Shown: piece after piece, positions 35,996 through 47,600 of the stretch | Numbering within the stretch: the stretch's first letter is position 1 | Layout: each line of letters begins with the position of its first letter | Assembly (NCBI RefSeq): GCF_003704095.1 | Contig: NW_020845867.1 | Span: 682,001 to 746,000, forward strand | Origin: Pocillopora damicornis | Lineage: Eukaryota | Length of the DNA stretch: 64,000 nucleotides | Reading direction: 5' to 3' | The notes under the pieces: generated by a model | Told to the model about the DNA's origin: nothing | Seen by the model: only the letters and a program-made list of their open reading frames with translations | Database searches by the model: none | Program-made: the position numbers and the translations under genes

Positions 35996-38900
35996 TCATT
36001 TATTGACAACATCCTCTGAAACACTTGTATCTCCTACTCCAAAAAAATGTTTTTTTACAATGTATCGCAAACATTGTAGAATTACATTTCTTTCATGTCG
36101 AATATCTGGTGCCAACAGCTGTGGGGAAAAAAAATAAATTTGTTTTAATAACTTCTGATTTGATAATAAAACACTTGGCAACAATATGAATCTATAAACA
36201 GCACTTACTCTTTTCAGATCTTGTTTTAATCTCACCTTTTCAAGTAAAGTTGACTTCCTTACTCCTACACAGTTGGAGTTTCCCTGGATGGACAATTTAA
36301 ACACAGAAATGAACTCTAAGACAATGTGGGCAGGTTATTTAAACAAAGTTTAGCTGTTATTTGACAAGATTGTATCTTCTATTAAGCTAAATCTTTTATC
36401 TGAACATATATTTTTGCAAACAGTGTTAAGAGGGCCGAAAGCTAACAGTGGCAGGACATTTATTTAATTAAATCAACCTTTTTTTAGAGAAAGCCTGAGG
36501 CCCATGGATTGTGTAAATACCATGGTTTAAGTCATACTCCCTGCATATAATAATTTGTGCAAAAGTATGCTCGGACAGTTGTCAATGGTTACATAAAAGC
36601 ATATTATTTTCTAAAATGGAGGCTAATATGTTAATTAACCTTGAAATATTTATGCAATGTCCCCATTCCCTGTCCACCTCGTCTATCAAAGCCACAGCAA
36701 GATTACAGAATAAGAATAGGAGATATAATGTCTGTAATTAAAATACTTACCTTTGAGAACATTTTTCTTGATTTTCTGTGACGTCTTTTGGTTGCTTTAC
36801 GTTGTTCTTTTTTCACATTTGTATCAGCAGATGTACATTTATCAGCAGTTCCCTCTTCTGTTTTTGTTGCTTGTGGAAGGCTGGCAGTGTTTATGTTGTT
36901 TATTTCCTCTGGAAAAAATTATCTTGAATGTCAATGATTGAGTACATATACAAAATTACTAATTTTTTAACAGACTTAAATAAAAAAAGTTTTTTAGTTA
37001 GCTGATTGCAAAGCTGACCAATTTCAGAGTTTGATAAAAGATGTTAATGGTCTTTTGAATGTCTCGATAGGAGGAGCTTCCCACCTGCAAGCCCAGCATC
37101 AAATGATAAATGAACTGTACTGTTCATCATAGCTGTTGTGCATGGCCAGGAACTGAAACTCATTCTTTTGACCAAGTTTTGGTTGTCCAATCAATTTATA
37201 GTCAGTCATATATATATATATATAACACAAACTAATTACCAACAGAATTCCATTTTTTAAGAGATCACTGAACAGCTGATCAAAATAGTCTCTTCAGGAC
37301 CAAAAGGATAATTACCAGTAAACAATGAATCACAAATTGAATGTAGAAATTCTGATTTGACAGCCCAAATTTGCATTGTTGCTCTTGGCCTTTTAACTCC
37401 CATGAGTGACCCATGGGAATTGAATGACCCAGGAATTTCTCATTCAGACATTCACACAATATTAAGCAGACAAGTGATCAGAATAGAAAAAAACTAACAT
37501 TAGGGAATTATTAGTGGCTCTTGTACCAAATTTTCCAAACCAACATTAATAAGAATTGTATGGCAGACAAGAATGACTCTTGGGAGCAAAAGGGTTAAAA
37601 TTGGTACACTGAACTCTAAATTGGTACCTGATGGTTTGTCATCTTCTGAGTCACTGGCATATGCTGTGCAGAGTGAACTTAGCGCTGAAATCCCAGATGT
37701 TCCACTACAAAGTGCAGGGTCAGAGTTATCTGATGTTTCCTTCAACAACCTTTCTTGAGATAAACTCTCCCGCATTTGATTTCCTGCATGAAAAAAGTAC
37801 ATTTCATTGACTTTGAATGTAAAAATGGGTTAAGCAATACAATACTAACTTAACACTCTTTTTTCTTTTGCATTCTTATCAACCGAGTGAAGTCAGAGTC
37901 TGTAAGAATTTGGGGGAAATAGGGAAGGAAGGGGTGTTGGTTCTGCGGTAAATAAGTAGGCAGTCCCAGGTGGGCAAAGAAGGTCTTATTTAGTCTATAA
38001 CTAATCGTATCACCCCATTCACTATATCTTGCTCCCTTTTAGCAAGAATTGGTTGAGATATGTATCTGTCACTACAACTTACCTGGCTCATTTTCAAAGC
38101 AGTCATCAAGAACCAATGAAAGTGGATCTTCAACATTGTGTAATCTATTAGAAGGTTGTGCTACCTTCTCCTGGTTCACATCTCTGAATTGTTGTTTTGC
38201 TTGGTCACCAGCTGTGTGATCTAATCCATTCAGTTCCTTTGGAAATCTCTTTGGATGACGTCTGTTGTTAAAATGGTTCTGACCACCTCGCTGAAATGAT
38301 CTTCCTCTACCCTGGCCTCTGCGGTATCTTTAAATTTTGAAGATTGTAGAGTCACGCTCAGAATTTTCATACCAATACATAATAGCGGAGCTTGCGAAGC
38401 CCCATAATTATACAAAATAGTAGTAACCCATCAAGCTGAAAAAATTTGGATGTATGACCATACGACCATACAAAGTGCTACTTTTAACATGCGTGGTCAA
38501 TTGCACCATGGGCACACCAACTTCACGGCTTTATTCAGTAGTCCAGTGGTCAGTGCACTGGGCTCCGAGTCGGACCACCCGGGTTCTAGTCCTGGCCAAG
38601 GCAAGGTATTGTGCCCTTGAGATGTGCGGGAAAAAAAAAATGTGAGCTCTGCTTTTAGGCTTGGCTAAATCTATATATTGCAAGTGCAGTGGGGCTCTGG
38701 GTCACATACATTCAAACTTACATTTACCTAAAATTCTTGGTTTTCAAAACTTGCCCTGATGCTTTCCTCTTCGCATCTTCTTCCATTTTCTTCTGCACAT
38801 TAGCCAGAGTGGGATACTTCCTATATCAGATGAACAAAAAAAATAAAATCAACAAATTACTTTTGGTGAAATAATGCCAAAAAAAAAATTAATATCCTCA

Positions 38901-41671
38901 GAAGTGATCATTCATTACAAATATTGACCACAAAAATTCTCAATCAACACTTAAGGTGACTAAAACAGACTTTGCAGTATGTCTTTAATTCAGAATAGCC
39001 ACAACATTCTAATTGATATATCCTCAAGCCAATCTCAAAGCATTTCCTAAAAATCCATTACTAACATTTTGTCTTGAAGATCCCCAAGGACTAATTTAGA
39101 CTTAAAATCATGAACCCAAAAAAAAAGGTCCTGTCCAATTTCTTTGCTTGAGCCTTACTAAAGGCTCTGACTAAGTTGGAATCCTAGATTACTTTAAAAG
39201 AATTTTTTTCAAACTGGTTAAATGAAAAATGCTATCACAAACACCTTTTTCTTTCTTCTCTCCACTTTGCTATTTCCTCTGGGGAATCCAACTTAATCCT
39301 CATTCTGCCAGTTTCGTGAGTCTAAAAAACAAATTATTGTCAATTGATAATCATTTGTTAGTTTGTTTTTTTATTTTTTTGATTTGTCCATCCTTTTTCT
39401 CCCCAAGATTTTACAATAAAATCTTCTTAATTCCAGCAAAATATTTCTTTCAATGTAAGCCTAGTGAATCTGGTATTTATCCCAACAATATGCCCTCTTA
39501 ACTCTTATCACCTGTCTGCTTGACAATATTATCATAAAAAAGGGAGAAATTAGTTACTGAACACTCCTTGGAGTGGAATGGTTACCTTTCTCTACTAAAT
39601 GCATCAGACAACCAAATGTTCCCCAGTTAAAACTGGTGAATATCCAAGGATAATGAAGACAATAGCCTCCATTAGGGGTGTTAATGTGTTTGTAGATTTA
39701 CCCTTGGATATAACCTGTTCTTCTAAGCTCAAAGTTTCCCTTGAGCTTTGCTCTCAAATGACTGTTTGCATCTTGAGCACCTCACTCATGGAGCTCCTGC
39801 AGCACATCAACGTCACTCAAAGAGCACCCTGCAGCATGCTAACTTCAATTTTGTTTTCACTGATTTGTTTTGACTCACTCAACAGACCTTGCCAAAAAAA
39901 GGGGCTGCTCATACTTTAATATATTGTATTAATGATACTTTTTAAGTTTGATTACAATCAACAATAAAGAAGTTAAAAATAATAATAATAAAATATGGGT
40001 AACAAATGACCTGTATCCAATGAAGTTTTACAACTTTCCTTCCAGCCTTGAATTTGCACCCTTCATAACTACACTGTTTAAAAAAGAAAGCATGAAAAAT
40101 ATTAATAAATAAATCAAAATCAATAATATTTTAATTCATTGTTATCATGAGCAGAAAGATCAATGGTTGGAAAAAATTATGTAAGGATAATTTTATTTAT
40201 CAGAGACTAAGCCTATGATTTAAAAAAAGAATGATTTTTAACACATTTAAAGTTAGTTAAACTTCTTTGTAGATCTTTACTCTTAATTTTATGACTCCAT
40301 TCCCCAATATCCCTCAAGCTAGCCACATAAATTCGAGAAAAACATTCCATTGACATTTGCAAATGGTTGCTAGACGGTAAAGTGTTCTCAAATTAAGATA
40401 ATAAACCATAAGCTCTATTGCGCATATCTTCTCTGCACTCTGATACTAAACTAGGCCAACCTGTTTTAATATTGCATACAAACAAATTAATTACAATAAT
40501 AAACCTCAGCAACCTTCATATATCATACCTGAATGTGGGATCCCAAATGTGCAGTCAGAGTCTCTTTACTTGAAAAATCTTTCTGACAAGCATCACAACT
40601 GAATTCTTTCCTCAAAGAGACATTTTCCCTATCTTCTGTTGTTTTGCTTGCTGATCCCTTCATGAAACAAAGAGTAGGGGCATCATTAACTATAACCACA
40701 TTGTACAAAAATATAGGCAGACTTATTTCTTAAAACACAGGTGTAAATGACAGTAATCTTTAGCAAAATCAGAGATTAAATTTTTCATTATTTTTCCTAA
40801 AAAACAAGCACAAACTAAGTGATGTATATGACCTGAGGGATACACTTATTGCACTGATCCATCACTAGGAAAAATTTCATTAAATTTTTTCTCAGTCATG
40901 ATTTGCACCAACAGAGTTGTGTTGTGAAAAATGAGGGGAGGGAATGGAAAAAGTCTCAAACTGTCATCTGATAGACTGCAGGGTTTCCCTTCCAAATTGT
41001 CTTTTATTCACTTGAAAAACACAGGAAAAGTTGATGTTGGACAAAAAGTCACTGGAGGCTTTCACTGAGTATTCAATTTTCCCATAAATGATGTTCGCGT
41101 TAATTCCTGCATGTAAGGAATAAGACACAAGGAACGTAGAAAAAGAGGTCCTTTAAAGGTTTCTTCACCTGTGCAAATAACTATAGATATTATTGGTCAT
41201 AATTATCAGAATGTTGTAATATTCTTGATAGCTAACTTGTAAAGTATATATCACACATGTGTATATATATATATATAGCAGCCATTATCCTTCATACCAT
41301 AAATCAAAAGTCGTTCTCATTCTCACAAAATCAACAAGTCAGAGCTAAGAATCTTGTAACGATTGTCTAACGACGCAAATTACCTGGACATTGGTAGCCT
41401 GTGGTTGTTGGAACGATGGGTTCCTTTCCTGGGAAACCACGTGGCTAAAGGGAGGTCGTAATAAAGGTATGTTCGGCCGTATTCCAGGCGTGATGTGACA
41501 TCCAGGGTAGCCAGGAGAAGAGTGAACAGACAGTAAGGGTGAAAAACTCATCGAAGAACTATATGGTCTTCCAAAAATCGACGGTGCAGTTTGCATCGGC
41601 CACCCTGGATTTCCACCAGTGTTAAAAGCTGGCCGAAAGTTTCCAAAATTTGGAAGAGGTAGCTGTGACAT
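35996..41671 (-). CDS. NUFIP1: NUFIP1 (FMR1-interacting box C/D snoRNP assembly factor), ~421 aa
   Basis: Exons 41671-41384, 40657-40529, 40073-40011, 39321-39245, 38820-38728, 38261-38083, 37783-37628, 36908-36751, 36118-35996. Pro-rich N-terminus, two C2H2 fingers, IKLDSPEEIAKWREERKRKYPTLAN, ALSSLCTAYASDSE, LLAPDIRHERNVILQCLRYIV. Confidence 0.94.
37389..37598. mobile_element. piggyBac-type MITE
   Basis: ccttttaactccc...gggagcaaaagggttaa. Confidence 0.7.
38535..38625 (+). mobile_element. tRNA-derived SINE head
   Basis: A-box-like TAGTCCAGTGG and B-box-like GGTTCTAGTCC; no complete cloverleaf. Confidence 0.5.
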
Positions 41672-41927
41672 CCTCAATTTAAATATTCTCTATGAAGGAA
41701 AACACAACGACGTGGAAAGAATACCGAGTTTATCTCACACACACTTGTTAACGTTCATCAACGATTTCTTCACGTGGATGTATGTTTCTTCAGAAGTTGG
41801 GGTTTCCGGCGCCTCCGTGGAGTCTTCAATAATCTCTCGGATATTTCCGACGGAAAACATATTTCAAGTAAGGTACGTGAATTATCCTCCCAGCCATATC
41901 AATAATATATGCACTGTGGGCTCAACT

Positions 41928-43577
41928 ATGGCGGACATTTCGACTTTCATAAAAAGACAACTTTTTCGAAGGAATGAAACTTTTCTGCTACTTCTTCTAT
42001 TTGTTGCGTTAATATTCATATTCATACTCAACCAGAAAGTCGGCTGTGATGTGAAGAATGACTCGCTTCCCCAGAAGGCCATCAAAACAAATGAACAGTC
42101 AATACCAGTGGAATTAGAAACGTTTCTATTTATTATGATTTTAACAGCTCCTAATGGCAAAGAAAGACGAGATGCTATGCGGAAAACATGGCTTTCTAAT
42201 CTAGAAACTCTTCATTCATCGGTAGTTCCAAGATTTGTGATTGGAATAAAGGAATTATCTCTAGAGGACATGAAAAATGTGGAAGAAGAAAACAGTCGAC
42301 ATCACGATATTATATTTCTTCCAGAACTTAAAGATGCGTACAAGGACCTACCCAGCAAAGTTTTGCAAGCACTCAAATGGATCGATCAGCATGCGAATTT
42401 TTCATATCTTCTCAAGGTTGATGATGATAGTTTTGTACGGTTGAATGTTATCCTCAATGAGCTCCAAAGCACATATTCAATGAAAAGATTGTACTGGGGT
42501 TTCTTTCGTGGAGATGCACATGTGAAATTTACAGGTCCGTGGGCTGAAAAAAATTGGAATCTCTGCGACAGATACTTGCCTTATGCGCAAGGGGGTGGTT
42601 ATGTACTCTCTAGAGATCTGGTCAATTTTATTGCTCGAAACTCAGATTTCTTGCAAAAATTTAACAGTGAAGATGTATCTGTAGGTAAGTGAAGCATGTT
42701 TAGAGATGGTAAGTAAAGTAGGTTTTTTTTCATTTTGGCATCATAAAACAGGCTAGTATGGCCTAAGATCCTTCCTAAGCACTTTTTCCTATGAACATTA
42801 AAAGGGATGTTCATCTGGGAAGTTGGTTCAGTCAGGTTTACAAGATTCTGTATTTCGTTGTTGAGATCCAAGTAAACAGGGTATTATAAGTCTAAAAACT
42901 TTGGAATACTTCAGGTAAGACCATGAAATATCCCACCTGGCTCACCTCTCTAACGGAGCTGAAATTTCCCTTGTAAGCAGTACATCTCAGTTGCTAAACA
43001 AGCATTTCCTGTATGAACAAAACACAGAATTTTGCTTGTGTGTTGGACCCAACTGCTGTAACCGGAAATCACAGAATGAAAGAAAAGCAAAACTATTGCA
43101 ATCAGAGATTACTTACAAAGCTCAATTGGTAATTGTTCTAATATACAGGCTAAGGAAAAATCTGCAGTTGGATGTTTTGGGTATCATCTGATGTAATGAT
43201 GATCATAGTTATTCCAAAGGAAATTACAAATGGTTGAATGACAGTGGTGATTATGTTATTACTGACAAGGTGTGATACTATATTATTCAAGGTTATTCTC
43301 AAAGTAATCCACCTTGATTTTAGGAACATGGCTGGCTCCTCTCCAAGTTAATAGAGTCCATGACTACAGATTTGACACTGAATATCGTTCAAGAGGTTGC
43401 AATAACCTTCACATTGTTAGTCATAAACAGTCTGTTTCTGATATGTACCAAAAACATCGCCAATTGCAAAAGGATGGAAAGCTTTGTCATCAAGAAACTC
43501 ATCTCATGAACTCATTCATTTATAATTGGAGTGTGCCACCAACAAAATGTTGTAAACGAATGGGAGGTATACCCTGA
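41928..43577 (+). CDS. B3GALT6: Beta-1,3-galactosyltransferase 6 (GT31)
   Basis: Exons 41928-42684 and 43324-43577. Type II TM anchor, RRDAMRKTW, LLKVDDDSFV, LYWGFF, LCDRYLPYAQGGGYVLS, SEDVSVGTWLAPL, RFDTEYRSRGCNN, YNWSVPPTKCC. Confidence 0.96.
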
Positions 43578-44600
43578 GACTGATTTTTGACAGGGTAAGG
43601 GACAAAAAATAATTATGATTATTATACAAGTCATGGCTGTCTCTATCTCATTCTTAGCTGGCTACAAGCTTGCAGCTGACAATCATTATCTTCTATCTTT
43701 ACAGGCAATAGTTTTATTCTATTTTTGTTAAAGTAGGGTTAAAATGGCTTCAAAAAACATATAGTTTTCAACCAATAATGTTGCAAAAATTCTTGGATTC
43801 AGTTTTGGCAAGAATTATCATGGCCACAGGTTGTTTTGTTCTTGTCCTTGTTCACTCTGACAGGTATTTATTTATTAACTAATGATGTTAGTATTATTCT
43901 GTATTTACTAGTAAGGTTCATAAATTAACAAAAATGGTAAAATTTGCCATAAAATGTTGGAAACAAGAGATTTCAATGCTAAAAGAGCAATATTTATCAT
44001 AAATGTAATTATAATGATGAAAGGAAATATTTTTCTCATCGGTAGGTGGATGATGCCTTGGAAAAGTGAGGCTACATTAAGACATTTGTGCAATAAAATA
44101 AGGAAACTCTTTTCTCATTGACTGGTGTTACTTGCTTTTTGCTTTATAAATGTGTCTGTTCAGATAAATTTCGTGTTTATTTAAGAGATTTTTCATTTTC
44201 ATTTTTTAAAAAAATCTTGACTTTTTCGATAGAGACCTTTATTATTGGAAATTCTTTTTTCAACAGATAACCAAAATTTGAGTCTCATCTTTATGCACAT
44301 GGGTTTTTGTTATGCTAAGCCAACGAGTCAAAATCTCTGAGTTCGAGAGATTATTGGTCTCATCCTCCTTGACAGAAACTCAAAATTTAAAATGAGGAAG
44401 AAGTAAATGCGAAAAAAAAGATGTATTCTCGGCAAATTTTATATTTTGGTTCTGATTTTATGTTAGTCAAGCTCTAAAAGCCTTGTTATCAAATCATGAG
44501 AACGAGGCTTGCGCGTGTTTTCCTGGAGACTGGACCTGACTCAGTCATTTTCAACCTGAAGCAGATTAATCGTGTGAAAGGGACCTAGAAGGTGAAAACC

Positions 44601-47600
44601 ATGCCGAATAAAAAGAAAAACAATCAAGCAAGGAACCCTTTTTACTTCTTTATGGTTTCTTTGCGGCCCCAACTAGAAAGGCAGGGGGTAGTTTTAGAAA
44701 ATGGCATGAGATCATTGGCAGAAATTGCTGGCCCTCGATGGAAGGTAAGTTGGCTGATGGTGTCATTTAAGAGATTCCAGGTCCGAATAATACCAGGGGG
44801 TTTAAAGGTTCATTGTTTTTCATCTCAAAATCAATACACATATGACTGAAACTTTGTACCTAGAAAGAGCTTTCTACGAAAGTGAAAGGATTTTTGAGAA
44901 TTTCCTGTAGCATCGCGTGCCGAGGAATGCTTAAACGATCTGACAGTAACTCGAACACTGGTAAAAATATGGGTTTATTCTGTCATGTGTTTTTGAGTTG
45001 TACACTGTCTAATTGTGAAATGAATTTTTCCTCTTGCATACGAGATGCAGCAGTGATGGGGAAGGCTTTGACAGAGAGGTTTTTTAGCCAAAGCTATGCT
45101 TTTTCTAAGAATTGTTTTTGAAAATGGAGCGAAAACAGGGGCATCTATTACCTAAGAAGAACAACAAACTGTGGCTACTAACTGTACGGCTGTATTTTTC
45201 AAAATAAGCAGCTGTGGAAACAAAACTACGCTTGTCAAATCAAAACATGAATACAATATTTTTGTATTGTGTTTTGCATTGTCTAAGTAAACACTAAAAG
45301 GCTGATGTGCAAACGATTATAACCGTTGTCATTTAACTTTGAACTTCAAGGAGTGACATGCGCATAAGTTTTCCCAGCATTGCTTAATACAGCCTTGCAC
45401 AGACAAGTAATGAGAATGGAGAATATTGTCTGCCAGGAGGCATGATCTTGATAAACAATGTTCTCAGATACTTTCTGAAGAAATGTTGCTTGGAGAAACA
45501 AACAGTTTTACAGGAGTAAAGAAAAAGAGAAATAGGGAAGATATGTCCAGTGACAAATATATATACAGTATTGACCAAGGGTGGGGTAAAGATGGCAGGA
45601 TATTGGCAGAGTCTTTTTTTTTTTTTGCACTATTATGGACCTTGACTTTATCTCAGTCCATGAAAAAAACAAAAAGGGAATGAGGGCAATATCCAGCTAT
45701 CTTGACAGAAACAAGCTTGATCAACAAAGGATTAATTATAAAACAGTGATGTTCTCTATTTCAACTCTATGAATAGACAAATATAATCATTTATCTGTAA
45801 CAACAGCAAAACGATCTTTTTAAAATTAGATCAGAATTGGAGGTGTTTGAATTTATAAACAATAGCCTCAATTTGGCCCATTAACATGCTTGCACATTTG
45901 GCAGCAAATATGATCTGTTTTCTGAGAACAAGCTCAAGGAGAACTGTGAGCCTACAAGAACAGATAAATTCCAAGGACAAATTTACAAGCATATTTTCGT
46001 GCCTTTTTGTAACACTTGGGAAAAAATGGTTTCAAATTGTTCACTGTTTACTGTATGTGGGATGTTTTCTTTCCATTATTTTCTTGTATGACTTAATGAG
46101 AAATAAATGTCCCCTCAGTAACAATAGCTAATAAAATGCTCTTTCATCTTGAATTAAATTTTGAAGGAAAGCCTTTATTATAGTGGATGTAAGGTTTGAC
46201 AATGGTGGAGTATATCACTAGTAGTATATCCTCGAATATTCTCCAGTTTTCAGTTGGGGCATATCCAATCATGATTATGATGCTAGATATTCCCCAATTT
46301 TACCTGGTGCATATTCTGTAATATGATACGTATAAGACCAAGGATGCATGAACAAGGAGATTAGATGGATTACAATGTTATTTTAAACTTGTCTTGTCTT
46401 GTTGAATTTTTTTACTCCACCTGATATTTTAAGCCTAGATGGTTTTAATTGCTTTTGCCTTTGGACTGAAAACTGTTTAGAAATTAAGGTTACTGTAGAA
46501 TATTTTCTCTTGTGTGACGACAGGAACTACCTGAGCATGAGAAAGAGGTATATCAAGAAATGGCTCGGCAAGACAAAGCAAATAAGAAATATCGCCCTGC
46601 CCGAAATGATAAAATGGACTGCACTGGAGAGTATATATCTGTAAGTTAGTCACAGAAACTCTGAAATAATGCTACTTTAGGGCAAGAAGCTTCAGACCTT
46701 CTTTAGAGTCACCAAAAATCATAATTAGATTAAACTGTTAACAGGGCCTCAAGCTCAGATTTTTTTCAAAGTTGCCTTTTGGCGAATTAAAATGTAAGTT
46801 GAACCTGTATGAACCCTTTAGCCCCTAAGAGTGACCAGCATCTAATTTCTCTGTACTGTATCACCCCTGAATGAAACATGAAAGTTATGAGAATAGAGAA
46901 GATGATCACCAACTAAAGCAGCTCTTGATTGTAAAACAAATTCTCCTTGTCAGCCTCTTTGCAAATGTATGGAGAACAGTATGGAGAATATGCATACTGA
47001 TGTTAGGGTGTAAAGGGTTAAGTAGTCACCCACAAGGAGTGGCAGGGTGACCACTTCATACAGGTTCCACAGAATAGGGGTTTCATACGAAAAAAAGATT
47101 AAAAATACCCTTTTATACTATAATTGACCACTTAATGTATTCAAACTCTCTTAAAAATACTACCAACATTGGTTTTGGGAGAGGAATATGGATTAAATTT
47201 TACCTAAAAGATTATTCATAGTTTTACTTGGGTGGTTCCCCTTAAGTGACTGTTCAATGCATGTGGAAGACAATGCAAACAAGCTGGTGGGACTCAGTAA
47301 AGGATGACCACAACTTCTTTACCCTTTCACTCCCACAAGTGATCAAGACAGAATTTCTCCATATAATATCAATACAATATCAAGCAGGCAGGTGATGAGA
47401 ATAGAGAACAATATCAATTATGGGATTATTAGTTGATCCAATACCAAATTCTCTGAACTAACATCATAAGAATTGCATGGCAGACAGTAAGGAGAAATGA
47501 GAAATGAGATCTTGGGAGTGAAAAGGTTGATAGAGGTGACCACCTCATTGAGATGAAAATTACAGTGATTAGGGAGAAGAATTTGGGACTTTGAAAACCG

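Noticed and set aside
41619-41927. N-terminal extension of the 357-aa ORF as part of B3GALT6
   Set aside because: It begins at a non-ATG codon, overlaps the NUFIP1 start and the shared promoter, and the ATG at 41928 directly precedes the type II TM anchor.
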